This document shows positions 29,759-40,778 of a stretch of DNA of 64,000 nucleotides, in pieces. A program made the translations under genes and the position numbers. Source of the stretch: Bacteroidia bacterium. Its GTDB lineage: Bacteria; Bacteroidota; Bacteroidia; AKYH767-A; 2013-40CM-41-45. The notes under the pieces were generated by a model. The model saw nothing but the letters and a program-made list of their open reading frames with translations. It ran no database searches and was not told where the DNA came from. The DNA lies in assembly GCA_038206355.1 (NCBI GenBank), contig JBBRAY010000007.1, forward strand, positions 57,350 to 121,349. The letters are read 5' to 3'. Numbering within the stretch: position 1 is the stretch's first letter; each line of letters opens with the position of its first letter.

Positions 29759-32146
29759 TCAGGTTTTGGATTTTCTCAAACGGGAAAACCAGCTTTTCTT
29801 TTTTTGATCTTCGTCGTAATAACCGTATCCGCCATAACCATAACCATAGCCATAGCCATAGCCATGGCTGCGGTGAGCACCTGTATCATTGAGTAGAATG
29901 CATAGGTTTTCAACCTTACCCTGAGCATGCAGATTATTGATTGTTTTTACGTAATCCTTTCTTGAATAATTTTCACGAAGGATGAACATGTTGATGTCTG
30001 CAAGATTCATCATCATCATCGCGTCGCTTACAATTCCCACAGGAGGCGTATCAATAATAACAAAGTCATACATGCCTTTCAGTTTATTGAGGAGCTCCAC
30101 CGTTTCTTTTTTTGCAAGCAATTCGGCAGGATTTGGCGGGACAGGTCCGCTGCTGATGATGTCAAGATTTTCAACAGGCGTTTTTTGAATCACCTCAGTA
30201 AGGCTGACAGCACCGATAAGATAATTGCTTACTCCTTTGTCGTTCTTTACTCCAAGATCAGCAACCAGTTGTGGCTTTCTTAAATCCATCCCGACAATAA
30301 TTACTTTGTAATGCTGAAGTGCAAGTACAGACGCCAGGTTTAAGGTGCTGAAGGATTTCCCTTCACCTCCAACATTACTTGTTATAAGCACTACTTTTTT
30401 TGCTTCACTCAGTCCGAAATACATCAGGTTTGCCCTGATACTCCTGAAAGCTTCTGCAATGGAACTCTTGGGCTTGTTGGCAACAGCCATTCTGTTTCCC
30501 GTCGTCATGTGGCCCACAATTCCAATGATTGGAATCTTCGTCAGGCGCTCAATATCATCCCTGCTGCTGATGGTGTTCTGAATAAAGCCCTGAAGCAAAA
30601 TGATAAAAAGCGGAACCAATACAACGAGAAGCAGCGCAACAATTGCAACGGCTTTGTTATTCGGGATTACAGGCTTTTCATTTACACTTGCAAGATCAAG
30701 TACTTTATTATCGCTAACCGCCGTTGCTTTTGCTATTCCTGTTTCAGCTTTTTTCTGAAGGAGGTATAAATAAATATTTTCGTTTACACTGAAGTTTCTT
30801 TGAATTCCCAAAAGTTCGCGTTCAATGCGCGGAACTTTTTTGATCTGTGCTTCGCTCTGTGCAAGTTCTTTGGATATTCCAAGTAGTCCGACTTTAACGC
30901 CATTCCGTATCGACTGAATATTTTCTATCAATGAATTTTTTGTTGCGGCGATTTGTTCATCTATTTCCTTTACTGCAGGATTTGCATCACTTGTTCCAAA
31001 ACGAAGTGTTTTTCTTTTTGTCTGTAATCGCTGGAGATCTGCAATTAAATTTACAAGTAATGGATCAGGCGTACCCAATGAACTTGGCGCCAGTTGGGTG
31101 AGGTCTTTATTCTTTGTAACGTAATCGTAGAGATAGTCAAGCGAACTTAAATCCATTTCTGATTTTATCCTGTCAGCATCAATGGTAGTAAGCTTTTCAA
31201 GATAAGCCTGCGATTCCTGGCTAAGGTTAACCGTACCTTTTTCTTCCTTAAAATTCTGCAAGTCTTGTTCGATCCCACCCAGCGTTTTACTGATATCAGC
31301 CAACTGTTCGTCAACAAATTTCAGCGTAAGGCCTGCAACGGCTGCTTTATCACGCACATCGCGATTGATATATACTTCGCCGATCTTATTCAGAAAATCC
31401 ATGGCACGCTCTTTAATATTGTCCTGTACGCTGAGTGTGACGATTGTTGCGTCTTTGTTGAGTGGATTTACTTTTAATTTTTCATCCTTGTAGTAATTAA
31501 TCAGTGAATTGATGGAGTTGACCTTGAAATAATAATTTTTTTCTGAGGCATTTGAAAAATCAGGTTCAGTTTTTTCAATCGTAAAGCTGAATTTAGGAGT
31601 ACGGATGGTCTCACCAAAACGATGAACCTTACTATAAGTGAAATCGGCCAGTGATGAATTGTCAATTTCTGTTTCAAGTAAATAACTCCCTGTATCAATT
31701 ATTGTCAGCTCAAAATACTCACCATAAACGCCCTTGTCAACAAAAACAGTGTTGACCGAAAAAGGATTGTTTTTGTATAAAGGCTGTTTGAAGAATGTCC
31801 CGGGACTGTAATAGCTCACTTCCAGGTTGAGTTCATTAATAGTTTCTTCCAGAATAGAACGTGACTGAAGAATTCCCATCTCTGTCGCAATATTTTTTTG
31901 ATTACCGAAAACATCGCCGGCAATAAAGTCTTCAATTTTATTTGAAGAATTTTTCGAATCCTTTATAAGAACGCTGCTGCTGGCTTCGTAAATAGGTAAG
32001 GTAAACCTGATATAACTAAAAGCCGCTGCTCCGAAAAGTATTAGGGAAATAATAAAGTAATGCCATTTCCTGCGTACATTCTGAAACAATTGACGCAGGT
32101 CAATCTCATCATCATTTTTTTTAATGTTTATCGATTCGTTCTTCAT
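29759..32146 (-). CDS. wzc: Polysaccharide co-polymerase / BY tyrosine kinase
   Basis: EIDL N-terminus, two TM helices, AEAFR..R, GEGKS, DLRKP, PNPAELL, IIDTPP, C-terminal GYGYGY Tyr cluster. Confidence 0.9.
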   Translation of the reverse strand: MKNESINIKKNDDEIDLRQLFQNVRRKWHYFIISLILFGAAAFSYIRFTLPIYEASSSVLIKDSKNSSNKIEDFIAGDVFGNQKNIATEMGILQSRSILEETINELNLEVSYYSPGTFFKQPLYKNNPFSVNTVFVDKGVYGEYFELTIIDTGSYLLETEIDNSSLADFTYSKVHRFGETIRTPKFSFTIEKTEPDFSNASEKNYYFKVNSINSLINYYKDEKLKVNPLNKDATIVTLSVQDNIKERAMDFLNKIGEVYINRDVRDKAAVAGLTLKFVDEQLADISKTLGGIEQDLQNFKEEKGTVNLSQESQAYLEKLTTIDADRIKSEMDLSSLDYLYDYVTKNKDLTQLAPSSLGTPDPLLVNLIADLQRLQTKRKTLRFGTSDANPAVKEIDEQIAATKNSLIENIQSIRNGVKVGLLGISKELAQSEAQIKKVPRIERELLGIQRNFSVNENIYLYLLQKKAETGIAKATAVSDNKVLDLASVNEKPVIPNNKAVAIVALLLVVLVPLFIILLQGFIQNTISSRDDIERLTKIPIIGIVGHMTTGNRMAVANKPKSSIAEAFRSIRANLMYFGLSEAKKVVLITSNVGGEGKSFSTLNLASVLALQHYKVIIVGMDLRKPQLVADLGVKNDKGVSNYLIGAVSLTEVIQKTPVENLDIISSGPVPPNPAELLAKKETVELLNKLKGMYDFVIIDTPPVGIVSDAMMMMNLADINMFILRENYSRKDYVKTINNLHAQGKVENLCILLNDTGAHRSHGYGYGYGYGYGGYGYYDEDQKKKSWFSRLRKSKT

Positions 32147-32901
32147 TTTCTATTGGTGATGATAAAAGTGAAAACTAAAACCGCCGTCGTAATAATTGAA
32201 GTAAACACAGTAATTGTCGGGCTTGCATTTTGAAAAGCTCTTTTGCGGGTCGGTTCTACATAAATGATATCATCAGGGTGGAGATAGTAGGTTTCGGCAG
32301 AAAGCACATTGGACGAAGTGAGATCAAGATTGAATTGTTTCGACTCATTATTTTCTTCACGTATTAATTTTACATTGGTTCTGCTTCCAAACCCTGTAAG
32401 GTCCCCGGCAAGTCCAAGCACTTCAGGTAGCGTGGCGCGCTCGTTATAAATATAATATGTTCCGGGTTTATTCACCTCGCCAAGTACAGTAATTTTGAAA
32501 TTAAGTTTTCGGATTGTCACAATCGGATCTTCCATATAAACTTTAAACTTTGTTTCTATGAGTTCAGAAGCTTCCTGTATCGTGAGGCCGTTTATATTTA
32601 CACTTCCTATCAGCGGAATTTTTACTTCTCCGTTTTCGGAAACCATATAACCCCGTTCATAAGGTGACCTTGAATCGCTGATGGTTTTCTCTCCCGGTTG
32701 CGCCAGAAAAGGGAACGACTCAGCATTAATAGTGAAAACGTAAATTGATAAAATATCGCCGGGATAAATTTTTAATTTGTAAGTACTTGCCTTCAGCGAG
32801 GGAACCTGACCCTGGAAATAGACGAGTTTTTTTTGCGGGGTGCAGGAAGCGATAATACCCAGCACTGCAATGGATATAATTTTTCTGATGGAGAATTTCA
32901 T
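32143..32901 (-). CDS. wza: Polysaccharide export outer-membrane lipoprotein
   Basis: Lipobox IASC, I.PGD.LSI, G.V.IPLIG...GLT, VLGEV..PG, AGDLT, L.PDDIIYVEP. Confidence 0.88.
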   Translation of the reverse strand: MKFSIRKIISIAVLGIIASCTPQKKLVYFQGQVPSLKASTYKLKIYPGDILSIYVFTINAESFPFLAQPGEKTISDSRSPYERGYMVSENGEVKIPLIGSVNINGLTIQEASELIETKFKVYMEDPIVTIRKLNFKITVLGEVNKPGTYYIYNERATLPEVLGLAGDLTGFGSRTNVKLIREENNESKQFNLDLTSSNVLSAETYYLHPDDIIYVEPTRKRAFQNASPTITVFTSIITTAVLVFTFIITNRK

Positions 32902-32928
32902 TTCTGCCGTGGTGATTAGTTGCTGAAA

Positions 32929-34068
32929 TTAAGAAAGGATGGACCGGGAGATGACAATTTTTTGCACCTCAGAAGTGCCTTCATAGATCTGTGTAATCTT
33001 CGCATCACGCATCAGCCGTTCAACATGAAACTCTTTTACAAATCCGTATCCGCCATGTATCTGCACGGCTTCCACTGTTGTTTCCATGGCTACCCTTGAA
33101 GAGAAAAGCTTTGCCATCGACGCCGACAATCCATAGTCCATCTTTTGATCCTTCATCCATGCTGCTTTCAGGCAAAGAAGTCGCGCGGCATCAATCTCAG
33201 TAGCCATATCTGCAAGCTTGAATTGTATGGCCTGGTGCTGACTGATGGTTTTGCCAAAGGCTTTCCGTTCCTTCGAATAGGCAAGTGCAAGTTCATAGGC
33301 ACCGGATGCTATCCCGAGCGCCTGAGATGCTATCCCGATTCTTCCGCCTGTAAGTGTTTTCATCGCAAACTTAAATCCGAAACCATCTTCGCCGATGCGG
33401 TTTGCTTTTGGAACTTTTACATCGCTGAACATCAGTGAATGCGTATCGCTGCCCCTTATCCCCAACTTATTTTCCTTTGACCCGACTGTGAATCCCGGCA
33501 TTCCACGCTCAACAATAAATGCATTGATGCCTTTTGATTTTTTTTCAGGATAAGTCTGTGCCATTACAAGGTAATAGGTAGCCGTGCTTCCATTCGTGAT
33601 CCAGTTCTTGGTTCCGTTAAGAATATAATGGTCACCATTGTCAATGGCAGTCGTCTGCTGCGAAGTTGCATCGCTGCCGGCTTCCGGCTCGCTCAGACAA
33701 AATGCGCCGATGACTTCCCCTTTGGCCAGAGGCACTAAATATTTTTGCTTTTGTTCTTCATCGCCGAAAGTTTCAAGACCCCAGCAAACGAGCGAATTAT
33801 TTACGCTCATCACTACACTGGCAGAGGCATCCACTTTTGAAATTTCTTCCATGGCAAGCACGTAACTGATGGTATCCATCCCGCTACCTCCATACTTCTG
33901 ACTTACCATCATTCCAAGAAAACCCAGTTCCCCGAGTTGTTTTATTTGCGCTGCAGGGAACTTCTGATGTTCATCCCGTTCGATGACTCCCGGTTTCAAT
34001 TCATTTTGCGCAAAATCTCTTGCGGCTTTCTGGATCATTAAGTGTTCTTCGCTCAGCTCAAATTGCAT
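32929..34068 (-). CDS. Short-chain-type acyl-CoA dehydrogenase
   Basis: FCLSEPEAGSD, NG.K.WITN, KLGIR.S, GRIGIA, QIHGGYG, IYEGTSE; TATCTTTG promoter at 34093-34100. Confidence 0.93.
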   Translation of the reverse strand: MQFELSEEHLMIQKAARDFAQNELKPGVIERDEHQKFPAAQIKQLGELGFLGMMVSQKYGGSGMDTISYVLAMEEISKVDASASVVMSVNNSLVCWGLETFGDEEQKQKYLVPLAKGEVIGAFCLSEPEAGSDATSQQTTAIDNGDHYILNGTKNWITNGSTATYYLVMAQTYPEKKSKGINAFIVERGMPGFTVGSKENKLGIRGSDTHSLMFSDVKVPKANRIGEDGFGFKFAMKTLTGGRIGIASQALGIASGAYELALAYSKERKAFGKTISQHQAIQFKLADMATEIDAARLLCLKAAWMKDQKMDYGLSASMAKLFSSRVAMETTVEAVQIHGGYGFVKEFHVERLMRDAKITQIYEGTSEVQKIVISRSILS

Positions 34069-34352
34069 TTTAACTTTTTTTTACGGTGCGGGCAAAGATA
34101 CACGAATCAATCAACCACAAAAATCAAATGCCATCATCAGATTTTGTTTGTAAATACATGAAAATGACGTCGCTCCATTTATCCCGAAATAAAAACAGGA
34201 ATGGCAGCAGGGATTTTCCTGAAATCATTTTGGTGCGAAAAAAAAACGGATAAAAGGGGATGACGGAAAAAGGGATAACAGGATCAGAACGGTCCGCATA
34301 TCCTCAATAATTTTCAGTTCAGGTCCGGATAATTTTAATGCCAGTACTTTTC

Positions 34353-34775
34353 CTAACCCGCTATTGAAAGTTTATTGCTGTGTTCGTTAAACTCTTTTAT
34401 GGTAAGGTACTTCCTCTTGTTATTAATAAGATATCCAACGGAAACTTTTCCTTTATTGAATGGAAGCATTTCTTCATAACCGATATTTTTTGTTTCCCTT
34501 TCTGCTTCAAGGTAAAGTGTTTCTTTTTCTGAAAAGTACTTTGCCGTTGAAGCATTCTCTTTTTTTACCACGCGAACCTTAAACAATCGGTCTCCTACCC
34601 ACAATTCATCCAGTTTTAAAGCCACTGAATTTTTTTTTGTGAGCACTTGAATCCTGTAAGTGGTGATATCATCCTTTTTGTTTGTTACCCATTTTTTACT
34701 GGTGGCTTTTACAATATTAAAATGCCGGTATTTGAAATGATAGTAAATCAGGGAGCAGATGAATGCTATTGTCAT
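34353..34775 (-). CDS. Hypothetical membrane-anchored protein
   Basis: N-terminal hydrophobic segment and Lys-rich beta-type body; co-oriented with the PKD gene; start uncertain. Confidence 0.5.
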   Translation of the reverse strand: MTIAFICSLIYYHFKYRHFNIVKATSKKWVTNKKDDITTYRIQVLTKKNSVALKLDELWVGDRLFKVRVVKKENASTAKYFSEKETLYLEAERETKNIGYEEMLPFNKGKVSVGYLINNKRKYLTIKEFNEHSNKLSIAG

Positions 34776-34913
34776 AAGAAGGACAAGATAGGGAAGCTGA
34801 AAAATCTTGGTAGAAAAGATCTCCGGAAACCTTACAGTAACTGTAGTTTACCTCAGCGTTGAAGTATGAGATTTCCTGAAAATGGCGGGCTTGTTTCGGA
34901 ATGTAAAAGCTAT

Positions 34914-37900
34914 TTATTCCTGATAATAATAATCAGTCGCCTCGCCGGGTAATTGTTTAAGGAGTATCCAGTTTCCCAGATCGTCCTGCTTTTCGATTAT
35001 GTAGTAATCAATTCCCATTTCCCAGCCACTGTATTTAGTCCAGTTCAGATGAACAGAACGGTCTTCAAACATCTCTCCTTTAAGAATGATCGTTGACGTA
35101 TTTCCGCTGAGGTCTTCAGCAATATCGCAGGTATTGATAACAAGAATTCTGTAGTAGTAATGGTTATTCTGTACATCAACGTCATGATCCAAGTAGTCCG
35201 TCTGCAACGGTGGAAGTGATTTGATGAATGAGAAATTGGTATTGTCGGTCGAACGGTATAAATCGAACTGAACAACTTTTTCAGGATGCACCACCGGTAA
35301 TTTCCATTCTGTAAGTACGAAATCATTGGCCTCAACTGTTGACCGCACTACATCAACCACCTGATCAGCCAGTATATTCAATGGAATAGTTTGTGATGTG
35401 TCGCTGTTCGAAATGTATGGATTTCCACAAAGGTCAGTTGCCGTAATTCTGTATGCATACTCATGCGGACAATCAAAAGTCGAGTCCAGATAGGACAATG
35501 AATCAGCAGGAACAGTAACAAGGTAACTCCACGACTCTCCCGGGCGGCAACGGTAAATGATGTAACTGCTCACCGGACATCCGCCATAGGCATTCCACCT
35601 TACATCAATCCCCGTTCCCCCTGCGTCACGTTGTGATGCTACATTGATTGTAGAATGGGCTGTAAGCTGGTCGAGTGGTATCGTGTTTCCGCAAATGTCA
35701 AGCGTTTGAAGTTTATAAGAATAAACATTTGGCAGTGTATTCAAACCGCTGTCAATATAGTGCGGATTGATAGAGTAATTGGTATTGTTAATGTTTAGTT
35801 CTGAATAAATACTCTGATACAAACCGGAATTATTATTCAACCGGTAAAGTATATATCCGCCAAGATCAATGGCAGCATTGTTCTCCCATGTAATTTCAAC
35901 CGTTGTATTTGAGGTTACCGATACACTTAGAATATTTGAAACATTTGGAGGAAGGGTATCAAACACATGGATCATCGCCGGAAAATTAATGTTGTCGCTG
36001 CATCCGTTATTGTTTGTTACCGTCAGACTAACACTATAAAATCCCGGGTTGCTAAATAATATATCAGGATTTTGACTTGTAGATGTTACCCCGTTTCCGA
36101 AATCCCATAAATAACTTGCACCCTGAGACCATGTTACAGAACTTGTAAAGTGAACGAACAACGGAGCGCATCCCTGACTGGCACTTGCAGTGAATACGGG
36201 AGCAGGAGTTGCAAGTACCTGAACCGGTGTGGAAGCTCTTGCTGTATCCCGACATCCGTATTGATTGATGCTGACAAGCTGAACAGAATAATTGCCGGGG
36301 ATGTTGTAAGTGTGGGAAGCATTCGTGCCAGTGGAAGTTGATCCGTCTCCGAAAATCCATATCGAGCTGTCGGCTCCTGTTGATGCATTGATGAAATTGG
36401 TTGCATAAGGCATACAACCATTTGTATTTGGCGTGCTGAATGCAGATGCAGGAACAGGATGAACAATTACTTTCTGAGGATATTCATAATAGGATGAGCA
36501 TCCTGCTGTGTCGTGGGTTACTAGTGTAACAGTAAACGTTCCGGTGTCCAGATAATTATTGAAAGAGTTTGTCGTCTGCAATGAATTTCCGTCCCCGAAG
36601 TTCCAGCTCCAGTCAACGGCATTTTGAGATTGATCAGTAAAATCCACATGGAATGGAACGCAACCTTCTGTAGTTGTCGCAGCGAATTTTGTTATCGGAC
36701 CAAGTACAGTGATATACTGAGGAATGGTAAGCGTATCAGCACAACCAACACTTGTTGAAGCGATAAGGGTTACTGTATAAATTCCCGGCGTATTATAGAT
36801 ATGCGTAGGATTGGCATTCGTGGATGTGCTGCTGTCTCCAAAATCCCATAAGTAAGTATCTGTATCAATAGATGAATCAGTAAACTGAACAATAGACGGC
36901 GCACATGAATACAGGTCAGGAGTTGCAAACCTCGCAATGGGTTCCCTCACATGAATTCCTGCAAGCAGCTTCATCGTGTCAGTACAATTATTGTATGTCG
37001 GACCTGCATTTACCACGAGTGTTACAGTGTAATTTCCGGGAGTGGTATAAATATGGTCAGGATCTCTTAGTGTTGATGTTGTACCGTCACCAAAATCCCA
37101 ATGTTGACTCGTGGCCATCACAGAATTATTTGTGAAATGTACACTCATTGGTGTACAGCCTGAGTCCACATCAGCGCTGAAAATTGCATTGAGAGGAGAG
37201 AATGGAACACTTCTCATTGTATCCCGGCATCCATTCGCATCCACAATAGCTAACCACATGTAATGCGTAGGAATTGTATCGTATACATGTACAGGATTCT
37301 GTAAATTAGATGTATCAGAGGTGCCAAAATGCCAGTTCCATGAAACAGCATTCGCGCTCAAATCAGTAAAAGCAACTGTTATCGGAAGACAAATCCCATC
37401 AATCACATAGCTGAAATTTGCATACGCAGTATCTACACGTACCGCCTGAGGAATAGTATAAGTACTTATGCAACTGCCACGATAAACTGTTAATGAAACA
37501 TCATAAATACCTGCGACGGTATAATTATGTGCAGGGATTTCTACTGTTGAATTTATTCCATCACCAAAATCCCAGAGGTATCCGTCAGCATTTGTTGAGA
37601 GGTTGTTGAAGTTAACAAGAATTTCATCACACCTTCTTCCGGGTCCGTGCAAACTGAACATCGCTTGCGGAAGGCTGATGGCTATCGCAGGAAACACAGT
37701 AAATGTTTGTGCACAACCCGAATTATCCGTGACCGTCAGTGTTGCAGTATAATTTCCTTCGGCTGTGTATACATGGCCGGGATTGGGTTGGTTTGACGTG
37801 GTGCCATCACCGAAATCCCATAAATAGGAAGGGTAATTTTGTAAGCTCGTTGCAAAATGCACAGTATCCAACCCGCACATTTCTGTTTCGCTTGCCTGTA

Positions 37901-40718
37901 TTGGTGAAACAAAGTTTGCGAAGATGCTTGTAGATATCGAGCTTGTACAACCTGCCGTATCAGTCACTGTTAGTGATACCACATAGTTTGGCAATCCTGA
38001 TGTATAGATATGCACCGGGTTTTGTATGGTTGAACTTGTTCCGTCCCCGAAATTCCAGAACCACGTATTGGGGTTTACTGAAGAATCTAGAAGTGATATC
38101 TCTGTGCTTTGACAGGATGCATTTTGTTGAAATCCGAACTGTGCCCGTGGCCCGGATACCTGAACAATGCTGTCCATCTGGAAAACTGATACAAGTCCAA
38201 GCGTATCCCAGGTTGTCAGCGTAACATCATAAACACCGGGATTGAAATAAACGTGACTTGGAAATTGCTGACTGCTTGAATCTCCGTCACCAAAGTTCCA
38301 CGACCATGCAACTGACCCATTCACGATTTTCGAAAAAGCAACGTTGAGTGGGGCACATCCAAACTGAACTTCAGGAACTCCCGGATTTCCGGTTGGTACC
38401 GGTGTTGTATCAGGGACTCCGAAATTGAATGGAGGCGGTGCGTAAAATAGTGTGCATTGCCCGTTTGTAATAGTAAGTGTTACATTATAGGCTCCGCCAA
38501 CATTATATAAGTGCTGTGGATCTTCAAGCGTTGAACTGCCGCCATCACCGAAATCCCAGACCCATCCTGTAGCTCCTACTGAGTTGGCAAAGAAATCAAC
38601 GATCATTGGAAATGTAGTACCGTTTGGAACACCGTAAAAGTTGGCGCCAAATGGTTCAAAATACACGCTGTTACTTTGCATGGTTGTATATGAGCAACCA
38701 TCAGCAGTTGTAATGGTTAACGACACGCTGTGAAATCCTCCGACTGCATAGGTATGTTGCGGATGTTGAAGGGTTGAATATGTTCCATCCCCGAAATTCC
38801 AGAACCACGATACAGCATTGAGGGAGGTATCTTGAAATGTTGAAATATAAGGTGGGCAAGGCGTCTCTGTGTGAGTGAACCCCGCATAACCTCCCGTTAC
38901 AATAAAAGTACTGAAGTTACTTATCAATTGCTGACATCCGCCGCCGGCAGAAGTAGTGGTAAGCGCTACAACGTATGTTCCGGGTGAAGTGTATACATGA
39001 ACAGGATTCTGTAATGTAGATGTTGTTCCGTCACCGAAATCCCACAACCAGCCAATCGAACCAATTGTAGCATCAGTAAACTGAGCCGTAAGTGGCGCAC
39101 AACCCGTAGTGGGTGGAGGTGGCATGTAACCCGCCGCCGGATTGACCGTCTGAATATAGGCTTGTTTTGTAAGCGTACTCGTGCAGCCTGAAGTGTCTGT
39201 TACCACTAGTGAAACGTTAAAAGTTCCTGACGTGGTATATGTATGTGATGGTAATTGTTGTGTTGATGTTGTACCGTCACCAAAATCCCAGAAGTAAGAG
39301 AGTTGATTTCCGGTCGAGAAATTTGTAAAATTTACATTTAGTGGCGGGCATCCCACTCTCGGATTGGCAGCAAATAGTGCACGTGAATTTGAAACCTTGA
39401 CCAGACCTAACTTAATATGGCCTCTTGTACATCCGGTCGGTCCCCAGCATTTCAGCAAAACATTGTATGTTCCGTTTCCGGTATAAACATGACTTGGATT
39501 AAACAGATTTGAAGTCGTACCATCGCCAAAAGTCCATTTACAGGAATCATAATTTGTCGACAGGTTTGTAAAGTTGACTGTAAGTGGCGAACACCCGATT
39601 GTCGTTGTGTAACTGAAGTCAACCGTAGGAGTGGCACCTGCAACTATATAGTTTATTTTAGTCAGTGTATCAGAACATCCATTTGCAGTCGTAACCATAA
39701 ATGTCACGGAATAATTTCCCGGATTCTGATAGGTATGAACCGGATCCAGTTGTGTGGATGTAGTTCCGTCACCGAAAAGCCACATCACTGATGAGGCGTT
39801 CGCTGTCGTATTATAAAAATGTGTGTTAAATGGAGCGCACCCTGTATCATTGGTAGCATAGAAACCTGCCAGGAAGGCAGAGCCCACATTGATAGGAACC
39901 GGTTGATCGCTCGTATCCGTGCATCCATGATTGTCAGTTGCAATCAGCGTAACGTTATATTGCCCCGCTGAATTAAATGTATGAGACGGATTTGCAGACG
40001 TGCTGCTTTGTCCGTCACCGAAACTCCATTGATAAATGGTGAGTCCGGGTGAGTTGCAACTAAATGTGTAAACAGTACTTGGATCGCAGCTGGAAGTGTA
40101 ATTGCTTGAAATGATAATATCCGGCCGCGGATAAACAGTAATATATTGGTTTTGGATTTTCTGATCCGTGCAACCAAAGGAATTGGTAACAATCAATGTA
40201 ATGGTAAAAGTTCCGGCTAAAGTATAACTGTGCGTCGGACTGAATTGAGTAGATGTTGTTCCATCTCCAAAATCCCATAAGTAACCTGCGCCACCTGTTG
40301 AATTATTTACAAATGAAAACGTGTTATTGTCCAGACAAGACGTAGTAGTGGTTGCAGTAAAGGAGGCACTGGGTTTGGGAACTACAGTGATGAAATTCAC
40401 ATACCTCGCTGTATCTTTTGCACCACTGCCGTCAGTTGCAATAAGTGTAACAGTGTAGCTACCTGTATTGATATACAGATTACTAGGATTCGGAAGTGTG
40501 GAAGTATTTCCGTTTCCAAGCATCCAGTAATAGGAGACAGCACCCGTTGACGTGTTTGTAAACTGTACACTCAGCGGTGAACATCCCGAAGTCTGGCTTG
40601 CCGTAAACGAAGCATTCGGAGTTGCAAAACCCTTTACCTGGATCAGTATAAAGAGCAATACAAGGAGGTGCCGGATCTTCGTTTTAAGTAGTATGTGTGT
40701 TTTCTGATGTGGTTCCAT
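34914..40718 (-). CDS. Large secreted PKD-repeat protein (~19 PKD domains plus C-terminal FN3-like domains)
   Basis: Signal peptide; 19 W.FGDG-type motifs counted; C-terminal W...Y.(L/I)YR...Y.D...Y.Y.(I/L) units. Confidence 0.88.
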   Translation of the reverse strand: MEPHQKTHILLKTKIRHLLVLLFILIQVKGFATPNASFTASQTSGCSPLSVQFTNTSTGAVSYYWMLGNGNTSTLPNPSNLYINTGSYTVTLIATDGSGAKDTARYVNFITVVPKPSASFTATTTTSCLDNNTFSFVNNSTGGAGYLWDFGDGTTSTQFSPTHSYTLAGTFTITLIVTNSFGCTDQKIQNQYITVYPRPDIIISSNYTSSCDPSTVYTFSCNSPGLTIYQWSFGDGQSSTSANPSHTFNSAGQYNVTLIATDNHGCTDTSDQPVPINVGSAFLAGFYATNDTGCAPFNTHFYNTTANASSVMWLFGDGTTSTQLDPVHTYQNPGNYSVTFMVTTANGCSDTLTKINYIVAGATPTVDFSYTTTIGCSPLTVNFTNLSTNYDSCKWTFGDGTTSNLFNPSHVYTGNGTYNVLLKCWGPTGCTRGHIKLGLVKVSNSRALFAANPRVGCPPLNVNFTNFSTGNQLSYFWDFGDGTTSTQQLPSHTYTTSGTFNVSLVVTDTSGCTSTLTKQAYIQTVNPAAGYMPPPPTTGCAPLTAQFTDATIGSIGWLWDFGDGTTSTLQNPVHVYTSPGTYVVALTTTSAGGGCQQLISNFSTFIVTGGYAGFTHTETPCPPYISTFQDTSLNAVSWFWNFGDGTYSTLQHPQHTYAVGGFHSVSLTITTADGCSYTTMQSNSVYFEPFGANFYGVPNGTTFPMIVDFFANSVGATGWVWDFGDGGSSTLEDPQHLYNVGGAYNVTLTITNGQCTLFYAPPPFNFGVPDTTPVPTGNPGVPEVQFGCAPLNVAFSKIVNGSVAWSWNFGDGDSSSQQFPSHVYFNPGVYDVTLTTWDTLGLVSVFQMDSIVQVSGPRAQFGFQQNASCQSTEISLLDSSVNPNTWFWNFGDGTSSTIQNPVHIYTSGLPNYVVSLTVTDTAGCTSSISTSIFANFVSPIQASETEMCGLDTVHFATSLQNYPSYLWDFGDGTTSNQPNPGHVYTAEGNYTATLTVTDNSGCAQTFTVFPAIAISLPQAMFSLHGPGRRCDEILVNFNNLSTNADGYLWDFGDGINSTVEIPAHNYTVAGIYDVSLTVYRGSCISTYTIPQAVRVDTAYANFSYVIDGICLPITVAFTDLSANAVSWNWHFGTSDTSNLQNPVHVYDTIPTHYMWLAIVDANGCRDTMRSVPFSPLNAIFSADVDSGCTPMSVHFTNNSVMATSQHWDFGDGTTSTLRDPDHIYTTPGNYTVTLVVNAGPTYNNCTDTMKLLAGIHVREPIARFATPDLYSCAPSIVQFTDSSIDTDTYLWDFGDSSTSTNANPTHIYNTPGIYTVTLIASTSVGCADTLTIPQYITVLGPITKFAATTTEGCVPFHVDFTDQSQNAVDWSWNFGDGNSLQTTNSFNNYLDTGTFTVTLVTHDTAGCSSYYEYPQKVIVHPVPASAFSTPNTNGCMPYATNFINASTGADSSIWIFGDGSTSTGTNASHTYNIPGNYSVQLVSINQYGCRDTARASTPVQVLATPAPVFTASASQGCAPLFVHFTSSVTWSQGASYLWDFGNGVTSTSQNPDILFSNPGFYSVSLTVTNNNGCSDNINFPAMIHVFDTLPPNVSNILSVSVTSNTTVEITWENNAAIDLGGYILYRLNNNSGLYQSIYSELNINNTNYSINPHYIDSGLNTLPNVYSYKLQTLDICGNTIPLDQLTAHSTINVASQRDAGGTGIDVRWNAYGGCPVSSYIIYRCRPGESWSYLVTVPADSLSYLDSTFDCPHEYAYRITATDLCGNPYISNSDTSQTIPLNILADQVVDVVRSTVEANDFVLTEWKLPVVHPEKVVQFDLYRSTDNTNFSFIKSLPPLQTDYLDHDVDVQNNHYYYRILVINTCDIAEDLSGNTSTIILKGEMFEDRSVHLNWTKYSGWEMGIDYYIIEKQDDLGNWILLKQLPGEATDYYYQE

Positions 40719-40778
40719 TGAGGACTCACGTATCCCGTAAGTATGTTTAATTGGTTACTGCTTATAATGTCCGGTGAG

